NCBI RefSeq assembly: GCF_964355755.1
Contig: NC_092670.1
Coordinates: 7,678,201-7,742,200, forward strand
Length of the DNA stretch: 64,000 nt
Direction of reading: 5' to 3'
Source: Antedon mediterranea
Lineage: Eukaryota > Animalia > Echinodermata
Part shown: one piece after another, positions 22,901 through 34,705 of the stretch
How positions within the stretch are numbered: position 1 is the first letter of the stretch
Layout of the letters: each line of letters starts with the position of its first letter
Notes under the pieces: model-generated
Seen by the model: the letters and a program-made list of their open reading frames with translations, nothing else
What the model was told of the DNA's origin: nothing
The model's database searches: none
Made by a program: the position numbers and the translations under genes

Positions 22901-25900
22901 TATTTTAATTATTAGATAATTTAACCAATTATTATTTTGTCAATCATCAACACTCAATAATAATATTTATTCAGTTATTAATGTAAAAATAACCAGGAAT
23001 GAGAATAGGCTAAAGCCCAAAAGATTGTGCACTCACTCCATACAATACATACAGTTATGATAAAACCATATACAAGAAAAATACAAATCAATTCTTAACT
23101 TAAAATTACACCTCTGTGTCTTGCCTGGTAACATCCGGATATCGGACTTCTTTTCTCAACAGAGTACCTCTATTTTTTTTTTCAGAAATAACAAATCATG
23201 ACGACAGCTTCTTAGAAAATCTGCCCGATATTTGTGCATCTGTTCAACACAAGATCACGCACCACCTTTGCACGCGTGTTGTACGTGCGTTTCAATATTG
23301 CAATGACAAAAGGCTTATTCCAGACAACAATCAAACTTTAGTAAGTACAGGTCTTCCTCCAATTAAAGACCCATTCAATTAAACAATACCTCCATAGTAT
23401 GTACCTTGGCCCTGCATGATAGCCTATCTTTTATCATGAGGTGCTCCCTCCAATTAAAGACCTTCCAATTGTTAAGACTCCCTCCAAATAAAGACCACTG
23501 TACCGCAATCCTGGATGATTGCTTATGTTTTATTCCATTAGGTGCACTCCTCCAATTAAAGACTCCAGCTAATTAGAGACCAATTAAAAAATTTTTAAAT
23601 TACTGATTTTTAGGGTAGAACAGTTATTGATAATTTAAAGACCCCTTCCCTGCAATTTTGGACGTTTTTTGGAAAATAATACATATATATCACTTTAAAA
23701 ACATTAAACCATGTCATTCCTTGTCTTAAATGTACGTTTTATGGTAAATTATGATAAAAAGAGAGAAACTATGCACTACCTAAGTAGCTCGCGGCGATCG
23801 ACCTCTCGTGGACGGTCTTAGGCCTAGCCTAGCTAGGCTTAGTTTTGTAGGCCTAGCTGGTAAACATTGGTAACGTACGAACATCATACGCTAGCTATAT
23901 ACCTAGCCTGACGTTGTATAGTTGCTGCATTAATTGTCTTTCTATTTTTGCCAGACTCCGTTGATACAAATTGGGGAAAACCCGGTATTTTCGCTGAAAA
24001 GTTAAGAGTCTTCCATTTGTTTTGGCCTCACGATAGTTCGAAAAGTGGGCGAATTACAGGTGAAAAACAAAAATATCAATCCGCGCGCAATGCATTTTGG
24101 GATTTATAGCGGGCCGCTATAATTATTAGAATCAACTTATTTTTCACATTTTTAACCGTTTAAAGACGAAAAAATTTATCGCAATAGGACCATATAGTAT
24201 TATTTTTACATTAAATATAGTTTGTGATCTTAAATTAGATCTAAAAAACGTAGGGAAGGGGGCTTTAAGTAAAATCAGATATTAGAGAATTGGTTGAGAA
24301 TTACTGAACAAGTACTTTAAAAAAAATGTTATAGCACCCTCTATAGATTGGACATACAAAAACCCCTATGATATTTCATTTTCTGAAGGTCTGTAATTTA
24401 GACTAAAAAGCATTTTATTGTTCAAACATAAATCTGTAATTCATTTTCACTTTAAAATTATTTTACCTTGTTATTGTAAACAAATCAATTAATTGTTTTT
24501 TGCCCTCGAGTGTGAATAATATTATCATTATTTAGGATTGAATTGAATTTATATTTTTCTTCTAGGGATTTATATTAAATTTATTATTAGTAATTTCAAC
24601 TGAAGTTGCCCAGAATATACGTCACCTTTCATGTCCTTTCCGCCTCTATCTTGTTGCCATGACAATTTGCTTAACTGATTGTATTAGAACTGAATAGTAG
24701 AAGTTAAATAAATTCAAACTCTATTTCAATTTCTCCAATTCATAAGAAAACAAATTCCTATAACCTTTTTCTTTCATAATTTTCACCGTAATAAATATTT
24801 TGTCCTTTAAATTCCCTTTTCTTTTTCATACCATACAATTAATGTTTGAAAACCTAAAAAAACTACCAATTTGTTAGAATACAAATTTGACGAAAACCCT
24901 AACAATTCAAAGAAACAATTAGGACTGTATACAATATATAATTTTTTTAGTTTTTAAAAAAAAAACATGAAAAATTAAGATTAATAAAATCAGAAAAAAA
25001 CATGAGAAAAATAATGTTTTCACCTATAAAAGGACAAAACAAATGGTTTAATTCAACTAAAAACCTACTGGCTACCAGCCAATTTGACTACTTTTTGCTT
25101 TAAATTGAAAGGGAATCACTATTAGTATTATGTAACAGTACAAAAAACCCCCATATTATATCTTTAATATTTTGTACTTATTTTGTTATTTAATACTAGT
25201 TACAGTACTTTAAATTAAAGATGAAAAGACATTTTTTTATTTTAAAATGTAATGGTACAGTAATTTTTTTTTTAAATAATATTCAAGATTAAATTAAACT
25301 AGATTTAATTCGTCACTATGACGAATTATAGGTTATATGCATTGATTTAAATAAAGATAATTGATTTTTAAAAGATATATTGATTGATTGATTTTCTCAG
25401 AATCTTTAATTATTTATAATATATGATAGGACCTTGCTAACGCGAACACCATAGCCGGTATCACAATCCGATCAAAGATCCATATGCGTATAATGTCATA
25501 AACCACATTTGTTGTTACATAATAATAAAGACATAAGTTAATTTTTATCTAGATTTCATTATAAATCATGTGTATAATCTATACACTAAGAAATAAATTT
25601 GAACAAACAATACGGATAATAAAAAAAAATCTTATTTCGTTTCCCAAGGTGAGACTCGATCTCGGTACCCTGAATGCCATAGACACGAGCACAGACCATC
25701 GAGCCATACACAACTGACTTAAAGTTGTAGAAAAATTCCTCCGTGTATTTACTATGCAGTAATCACTTTGGTGCAAATAGATTATTACATACCGAAATGA
25801 ATTATAATTTTTTACTATGATGACATCTTTAAAATGTAAACAAATGATGCACTGTCAAACTATATACTTTTAGCTTTAATATATGAACTTTTGAAGGAAG

Positions 25901-28900
25901 AAAGTTAATGTTGAGTTTGTTATTTTGGCCTAAGAAAATGTCATAATTTGTTTGATTGTCGAAATTATTTTTTTTAAATTTAATATGCAATTAATGATGA
26001 CTTAATCAAGTTTTGTTCTCTTAATTTGATAATAAATCATACATATGATACATACATTTCAAGAAAATGAAATAAAAAATAGGTGTTCCCCTGCATTCTG
26101 ACGATATATATTAATTTTAAAATTTAGCATATTTTCACCATTTTGTTAACTTATACGTGCGTAGCCATTCACTTTTGACGTGCTCGTATAACGCAATTTC
26201 GAGTTGAAACGTGAATCAAATATGATGATATTATTAAAGAAAGATTGTAAAACAGAAATCGGGCAAAAATAGTGCGCATTAACGTTTAACGCGCAGTGCA
26301 CGTGCAAAATTCTGCGCACTCATGGCAATTTTTTAAACGCTTAAAATTGCCTGAAACGTACTCTAATTTCATCGAAAATAAATTTTGACAATTTTGAACA
26401 TTTTAAGCGCGCGTACGCAAGCATTATAAGCGCTACGCACGTAATTTTATTGCCATATGATGAAATATGACCTGAAATTTATGAGTACCAAATTTTGTTT
26501 AATTGTGATTCATGCTTGTGAAGATATGATTACAAACGTGATTTCGTAAAATCGCGCGTAGACCGCGTAATGTTTGATTGCGCACCCTGAAAACATAACC
26601 ACATCGATTCCTGACCATAAGGAATATACTCTGAAAAATTGACTTAGATAGATGAAACTGATATCAAGATAATTCACGGACAAAATAGTGCTAAGGAAAG
26701 AATAAATAAATAAATAAATAAAGATTTTGACAGAATCAAGAGGTTATATGCCTGATAATGCATATAACCTAAATATGACATCTAGTGTATTCTAATTATA
26801 GGTTGTGTCTGGAGGTGTTGCTAGCAATTCATACATCCGTACTGCTCTTGAAAAAACATGTAGCGTTCTAGGATATAATTTAATTTGCCCGCCACCTAAA
26901 CTGTGTACAGATAATGGCATTATGATAGCCTGGGCAGGAATTGAAAAACTCAAGCTCGGAATAGGAATTTCGGACAATCCACAGAGCGTTAGATTCGAGC
27001 CAAGGTAAGTCCAAATTATGTTGATTTAATTATACATTAACCTATTAAAATATGAAATTGTATTCAGATTAATGTATACTGCTAGTGAAGTAATACAGTA
27101 TTAAAGTAATTGCCTAATTTTGAAGAAAATGATTGCATATTAATGTTGAGAATTGGTATACCGTTACAAATATTCAGCCCTCGGGGGAAGAGTTCTTTCT
27201 GCTCGCTGATCTTAAGCCAAAAGGCCAATCTTTCTTGCTGTAAAGGTTATCCTTGTCATACATGCATTACAGAGGAGCAATGGGGTCCTGTAGTATAAAC
27301 ATCACAATAGAATAGCAAATTACTATACTATCATTGATGGGGGGAAAAGGAATATCAGGTATCAGAATAAACTATCAATCGTTTATTCCATCTTATAAAT
27401 GATGGTTTGAAATTTATATCAATGAGGTATATAATAACACTGAATTTGTGAAATTATTTAGACATTTAAGCTAACTTTTGATCATTAACTTTTGAAATTG
27501 ACACTACTGTGCCCTCGAGTTAAAAGATTCAAAGTCATTTAGTGTGAGGTTGTTTTTTTTGTGCTAAATATCAAGGCAAAGAATAACAATTAAAGTGTTT
27601 ACTATATATTATATTACTAAAATATACAGTCATTGAAATTCAAATTAATTAAAAAGTATTTTGTTCTGTTGAATGCTGTCAGAGCATTCAACTGCAGATT
27701 GAGTGGTCCCTGGGGAAATCCTGGTGTCCCTCCCATTATATCGGATACAGTAGTCATAGTCACTCACTATCTAAATACTGCATATTCAATTAGTTAAACT
27801 GTTGGGCAGCCAATAAGGTTTGGACATTAATAAACATCTTTAGCTGCAAATACTGTTTATCCATTGGATCATCATGTTGTAACTTATACTTTATTTAGTC
27901 TAAAGTGGCCACTCAATCTCTCACATTGAGATCTGTTTTTCTGTTTCTCTTTGGTAGTTTTATGAAACTACAAAGTCTGCTTGAAAATATAGTAGAAACT
28001 TATTAAAGGATATTTTTAGGAACAAACAAAGCGAAAAATATCCCCTAAATATTGGTTGGCCATGGTGTAATATATTTCCTGTTGTGTTTCTTGAGAAAGT
28101 TTCTCCTTAATAATTATGGGGGTATCCTGAATAGTGGTTATATACCCAATAGAGAGGCTCTACTGTAAATACAAAGGTTGTAGAAACAAAACAAGGAACA
28201 GTTTTTATAGTACTGTACAGTATGTTGATTTGAGACATATTCTGTAAAAGAGGAAAATGTGTTCAATCAAAATTTCCTGCTGCACTTTAATTAAGACAGT
28301 GACATAAATTGTTCCTTATTGCAAAATTAATTTATCGAGTAAAACTCAAATTGACATTGAAGCAAATGAGAATTTATTGTAATTTATTTTTTACTTTATA
28401 TGTTAATCCTAAGCTATAAATCTATTTGTAAAATCCTGACATTTTATGTAACAAATCAATCAAGAAATGAGAATAATTTTCAAGTTCAACGAACTTGAAT
28501 ATGAATAATTTAATTATACTTATTGTTTTGGTGTGTTTAATAATTGATTCAATTATATGAATAATATTGTTTTGACAAGAAAAATACATAAATGCCAGGA
28601 TCAAGTAAAGGTATGAACCCAAAAAGAATACCCAATCTCAGTGGAGTATCCTCACATTTATACAACAATATTTGCCCAGTATCATACGATAGTAAAAATC
28701 CTTAAAATAAAGCATCTCATGTGCATCATGTGTGGTGTATGTATCTATCATAAGGTTAAGTTAAATGTTAAGTTTTGGTCTATACTGGGGATACACTTGA
28801 AACACTTGAACATTCCTATGATACTGGAGGATATAGGCCTACCTAAGTACAGTACCATGAATCAGGTGCTCTTATACTCAGACATCAGTAATACATAACA

Positions 28901-29111
28901 AATATAGATAATAGTAGAACATTTTCTGATAAAAAACTGTTTTTTAGTACTGTACCAACCATACTAAAATAATAATAGTAACACATTATGCAAGATTTTA
29001 ATTTAGTTTGTGATTTAATTTGTGGTTCTTTTTAGGTATCCAATTGGTCAAGACATACGTAGTAGTGTTGCAGAGGCAAATATCAAAGTAAAGGCTGTCA
29101 AATTTTGGTAG
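19953..29111 (+). CDS. OSGEPL1: Mitochondrial tRNA N6-adenosine threonylcarbamoyltransferase (TsaD/Qri7 family)
   Basis: Exons 19953-20131, 20658-20757, 21004-21161, 21730-21859, 22498-22705, 23186-23340, 26802-27004, 29036-29111, all GT-AG and phase-consistent. Motifs [72 protein letters not shown]. An acceptor at 19950 implies an upstream exon, so the true start is uncertain. Confidence 0.93.
20555..20622 (-). mobile_element. Degenerate tRNA-derived SINE head
   Basis: Minus strand gtgacttggtggttatgatg...gggtcctgggttcaagtcctg with A/B-box-like motifs; stems are poor. Confidence 0.45.
23346..23590. repeat. Dispersed short repeats (cctccaattaaagac, ~6 copies), probably a MITE remnant
   Basis: The motif recurs at ~23356, 23447, 23481, 23549 and elsewhere in OSGEPL1 intron sequence. 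Confidence 0.5.
23639..24264. mobile_element. TTAA-flanked MITE (Kolobok-like)
   Basis: ttaa|agaccccttccctgc ... gtagggaagggggct|ttaa: TIRs starting AG with a TTAA target duplication. Confidence 0.75.
25299..26772 (-). mobile_element. Helentron-like element, second family
   Basis: Left end actag + hairpin aattcgtca-cta-tgacgaatt + aggttatatgc; right end (aaat)n + hairpin aggttatatgc...gcatataacct. Interior 26150-26670 is homologous to 11636-12115. Contains a tRNA-like stretch at ~25640-25710. Confidence 0.6.
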
Positions 29112-30339
29112 AATATAAAAATGGTATTAAGGTATATGTGTATAGTATGACATAACATAAAATATACTTTAATATTAAATAAATAAGATAGAACAATTTT
29201 TATTATAAAAATACCATTTAAAATATGGCGAATTAGTCATTTTAATGAACCAAAAGAAGAAAAGCATAACAGTATTCATTGATATGTTTATGGTATAAAT
29301 GGTGTAAAATAACCCCTAAAACACAGGTAATCTTTTATTTGATAAACAAATACATGGACCAGCCCGGAAGTTCTAAATTGTAAAATTAAAAAAGAATGAC
29401 TTCTTTATTCTCATCTACAGAATAATAAATATATTCTTTCAACTTATTTTTTACTTAAGCTGGCATCTATTTGGTCATGAGTAAACTTTGCAGATCAAAT
29501 TGATGATTCAGGTGCCGTTTTCACCAATCACACTTAAGTGAGATATTTCCCTTCATAAGAATTTCTTTTTTTTCTGTTTTTTTTTTATTCATTCTTTCAT
29601 TCCGTAAAAAATATATAAAAAATAAAAACAACATGTGTTAATAAAAATACATATGTGTTTATAACATGTATGTACTAAACCTTTTTACTTTAATACATAA
29701 CATAATTAGTCATATTGGCACAACAAAGAATTTCTCTTGAATCAAGAACAAAAAATTAATACAGATATCACTTCGGTGGTATTCACAAATATTTTAGGGT
29801 TTAAGTGAAACCCTTCAAATTCGTCTTTTTTCCCCATAACTTCTAAGGGCCCTCAATTGCATATGCTTACTTTACCATATTATTATTTGTCACAATGAGA
29901 ATTTCTCTCATAACCTTGCATTACAATTTTGTTGTATTCTGAATGCCATTTTCTTCTGATTTATCACATAATTCCTTTTCTTCAGCTGTTTTGGATTGTT
30001 TGTCGATGTCCCATGTTTTTGACCAGGAATTATATGTATCTTTATATTGTGTTAGAACAAGGATTTGGACGACTTTCTGTTTACACAAATTACACTTTAG
30101 TGAATTGAGATATCCTCCTTTCTAACTATCTCACTTAAGTAAAATATTTTGCAAGTATTCATAAATAGGTAGGATAATTTGTAATATTGGATGTGCTTCC
30201 ATTGACAATAATCATGAGCTATCTGTAGGCATGTTTACTCCTATTTACACTTTCAGTGCTTGTCAGTAGTTTTAAAAGGGTAAACAGGAACACTAATCTA
30301 TTTTATATACAGTATAGCGCTGATAAATGAATGATCTCC

Positions 30340-30432
30340 ACATCGTATACCTCTTCTTGACGCAAACCACCTTAAAGTGTTGATAAACAAATTGGTGTTC
30401 AAAGGAATTACCACTTCTAGATGTAGAGCTTG
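30340..30432 (-). mobile_element. BEL/Pao LTR-retrotransposon integrase fragment
   Basis: ALHLEVVIPLNTNLFINTLRWFASRRG resembles the BEL/Pao AVHLE...F..ALRRF.SRRG motif. Confidence 0.6.
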
Positions 30433-30749
30433 ATTAGTATAGATATACATAATTATCTTTTTATCCGGAGTTACAAGGTTTTGCATGTAATACTGTATTT
30501 AATAAGATACAAGGTTTTGTCAGTTAAAGTTATTATGGCTGAAATATAGTCAATTAAGTGACTTGTTGTTCTATCACACATCTAGACAGGCAGACAGACA
30601 GATATTCAAAATAATACTCATTCTAAGGTGGCTTTATTATCTGAAAAATGTTGTGTACATTTGAAAAAATAGTTTAGTATGATGATTAAAATTAATGGTG
30701 GTATTGATTAACAGCTTACATTCCAGATTATTCAATACGCTTAGTGACT

Positions 30750-32580
30750 AAGTTGATCATAGAATGCGTGATAATCAGCTGGCATAACAAACTTTAGCTG
30801 CTGCAGATGCTGGTACTTGCTTGGCGTTATCTTTCTGCGTTCACTATAAAGTGCTGGTGGCGCGCCCCCGATAGCCTGTAGCCTTGCTCAACGTGGGTGG
30901 GAAATCTTCATCCACTTATCAGAAAAGTGAAGCTTATACTGGACAGTTGCGCCGCCTGTATACTTGATACACCTCAGATCAGTTACTGTCGTTTCATCGA
31001 CCTTGCAACCTGGTCGTATTTCTTTAAAAATGTTGAAGTTGAGATACTTTAGACTGTATGGAGTTGGATTAGAACAAGCCTGTCTCATTATCTCTAGTCG
31101 TATGATAATTTTTAGTTTGCGCTCTATTGACCTTTATCTGCGTGTGACCCTGTACTAAAATCTTCTGTATTATTATTTGTACTGTTTTAGCTTTCTCTCT
31201 TGAGAATATGTTAGGCATTGGCTAAGATAACATTCCGATTCTGATCCGTCACTGTAAAGAATAAAAGTGTCATACTCCAAATGATTGTACAAGTAGTCGA
31301 TAATACAAGAAGCGAATTCGCTTGCAGTAAGGCTTCCTTCATGCCAAACGTAGCTTGTGATATCTCGACTCACAATGTCATATATTGTAAAATTATGTAC
31401 ACAAAGTTTTGTCTTGTAATACAATGCAGAGGCTTTCAATCGTGGTGACAGAAGGAAAGCCTGGAGGTCTATCAGGAGTACTAGAGTCTCCTCTGTGCCT
31501 TCGTGGGCAAGTGCATTTTGTTTTTCAGCTTTTTCATGTCTTGCTGCCTCAACATTAATTCGGTGTTGCTCCCACTCTTAATCTGATATGTTGGGCCTGA
31601 AGAGAGATAAGTTCATTTTGTCAAATTCTTCGTAGAGTAATTTTCAAGAGAGTCATGTTTGTCCCTTGGTCTGGCATTTCTCTTTATATAGTCTATACAA
31701 CATTGACATGTCAATTATAGGTTCAAGATACAACTTGTACGAACGAGAAGGGAGCTTAGCTAACTTTGCTAGAAACTGATTCCGGAAGAAGTCTCGATCT
31801 CAATTGCTTCTAGCATAGTATAAAGATTTTCGAGATGATGTTTCTAGCTGTTTGTAGTTTACACAGCTGGCCCATTGTCTGACCAAGCACTCTCCAATGC
31901 CAGTTGTACCCCTTACGTCTTGAATCTGCATCTCCTGTTTTCTTCTGTTTCACTGGTTTCGAATCTACTAGTCCCTGTACCAACACTTTCTTTCTTCCCC
32001 AATCCAAGATGTCCCATATTTCATCAAAGAAACTCTTTTTGTCGGCTTCGGTAAATTCGCGACAGTGGCGTTTTTGTGTCTGCTTACATGTGCACATTGG
32101 TTTCAAAGAACGCTTATTTGTTCACATTACCTTTTGATCCCATGTATTACTTTCCCTTTTCTCTTAAATTTTGCTGCTTTTTTCGTTTCCATGACAGTGG
32201 ATTTGCATGCCCTCTCTTTGCTCTTTTTTTAACTGGTGAGTCAGTCGGTGCAGCCTCCCGGTCTGTATTATCATTTGGAGATCCATCAGTGTCATCACCA
32301 ACATCGGACAGTTCATAATTTGGATCATCTGGTTCATCGTCTAAAGACTCATCAGCAGACTTGGCATTACCATCATCGGATGGTTCATAAGTTGGATCAG
32401 CGGATTCATCATCTAAAGACTCATCACCAGTGTCTTCCTCATCTATGTCAGCAATGCCTTCAACACCCTGGGATGCATTCACACTTCCTTCCTGATCAAC
32501 CTTGGCATCACAATCAATGTTAATGCTTAATATTTGTGTTACAAGGTTTAACATTTGTCGGGTCATCATACCAGTGATCT
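30750..32580 (-). pseudogene. Decayed DNA-transposon transposase, Sola1-like
   Basis: Frameshifted fragments IDLQAFLLSP..SALYYKTKLCVHNFTIYD, YVWHEG...SEFASCIIDYL, ILYSDG, QGHTQ, ARQ...PY, plus an N-terminal acidic/basic region (WKRKKQQNLREKGK) and a CxC motif. Superfamily assigned from recalled motifs only. Confidence 0.65.
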
Positions 32581-33599
32581 GAAAGTACAACAAATATACT
32601 ATTAATTACAATTTGTACTGAGTAAATTTCAAATTGTTTCAGACATTCACATGCATCAATTTGAAAAGAGCATTTTTTGCAGCACTGCCTGCATTTTCTA
32701 AGTAAAAGACAAAATTTAACATTTTGCCATGGGGGCCCAAGGAGTGTGAGCCCGCTACTTGCCATCTGCATGAATAAAATTTATATTTAATTCATTCCAC
32801 ATTGCAGTGAAAAATCACACAAAATTGATAGTTTTAACTATAAATAATGATCACATTTAATAATAATTCATTCTCAGAATCAGCAATACTCTGTGTTAAC
32901 AATAGAATATTGTACGTCTTTACTTCTTTAATACTGTATAATTCTTCACAATCTAACTTCCTAAAACCTACAGTTACTTTGGTTAAAGCTTTCAAAGAGG
33001 CTTCACTTCTTTGCTGTATTAGTAATAAAGTATGTGAAATAACAAATAAATATTGCTATTGCTATATTTTACTTACTAAATTCTTCATAATCTACAGTAA
33101 TCCGATTTAAAATTTTATTTGTAACATTTTCAAAAAAATTTGATGTCGATTAAGAGACAGACTTTTCATTAAGTATTCTCTTCTTTTGTGTGACGGTGTA
33201 TTCTTCAACAGTCTTTCACGTCTTTTGCAAGAGGATGCTGGTCTGGTTTTCGCAGGTTTATTTGGCGAGATCTGCTTAATGCATAAACTGCATCACAAAA
33301 GATAAAGTCCTTATTGAAGATCTAGAACCTTAAACACTTTTCAATTTCATCTGCTTTTTTTGTCCTCATAATTAGCATAATAATTAGCATAATAATTAGC
33401 ATAATAATATACCATGTGGAAAAAAAAGGTACAGCAAAGCTACTTTTTATCCTGCTTTGATCTTTTTTTTTTTTTCTGCTCGATTTTTATTGGGATTGAA
33501 TATCTTGCCATTGAGACGGATGTGTGGTGTTGAGTATGCGGTCTAGTCTGTTACTAACATAAACATTCTTGTTGTAATGTAACCAAGTACCATCCGAGT

Positions 33600-34705
33600 A
33601 GTAGAGAAGAGTATATAAACATGTACTTGGCCCAGGGTAGAAGTAGATGGGGTATTAGCAATTTGTTCAACCGAATCATGAAAGGGTTGATCCTGTGGAT
33701 TGACTTAATTTGAATTATCAGGCTTATCCACGAAAACTTTTTCTACAGTTGAAGCTTGTAGTAACTCTTTGCGAATACAGTATCATAAGGATTAAATGCA
33801 GCATTCACCATAATGCATGAAGCAACATACATGTCTTTTACCTGTATTTTTCTTGAGGAACTTTCAACATGCCTTGTTGTATTCAGATTTCAATGATCGG
33901 AAAACAAATTTATCCAAAGGTTGCAATGGTTTGTTGTGTGCGGTGGGAAGGAGCACCAACATGGTGGACAAAAAACTTTCTAAACCACATGTCAAACAAC
34001 TCCGTATCAATGAACAATGATTTGCTGACACCAAAGAGAGAATCGGCAGGAGCATTCTGCATTAAAGAATCGCTCAGTCGCTGGCCTTTAAAAATCAACG
34101 GTGACAAATAATCCGCAGCATTTGCACATGCTAGCACTAATACATTGTCACCTCTGTCTCCATTTTTTTTACACTGGATAGTTCTCTATTTTGATCTATC
34201 TTGAATCTTTGATAAATTGTGCACCAAACTAAGTCTGGTTTCATCGGCATTATATATCTGTGATGGCTTGTTCTTTAAATCCAAAATTTAAATCTTGCGA
34301 ACTGCATCTGGATTAAATTGATATTGTACAGTATATACCCATTATAGAAACCCTGCTTTTAGCATTCGCCGTAATGCATACTTGGCCCAGGGTTGCCTGT
34401 GGAATTGTGGTTGGCATTATCATCAGTAGAAGTAGATGGTGTATTAGCAATTTGTTCAACCGAATAATCAAAGGGTTGATCCTGTTGATTGACTTAATTT
34501 GAATTATCAGGTTATCCACGAAAACGGTTTCTACAGTTGAAGCTTGTAGAAACTCTTTGCGAACAGCATCTGGATTAAATAGATATATACCCGTTGCAGA
34601 AAGCCCTCTTATAGCAGCAATCGCCATGATGCATGAAGCAACATATACGTCGTTTAATATTACTTTGCCTGGATTTTTCTTATCTCTTTTTTTAATTACT
34701 TTCAA
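33600..34705 (-). pseudogene. Decayed pogo/Tigger-like (DDE_1) transposase with a duplicated segment
   Basis: KPSQIYNADET, RGDNV.VLACANAA, PLIFKG, LQPLD.FVFRSLKSEYNKAC, F.ATGIY.FNP; 33638-33860 is duplicated at 34426-34690. Confidence 0.75.
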
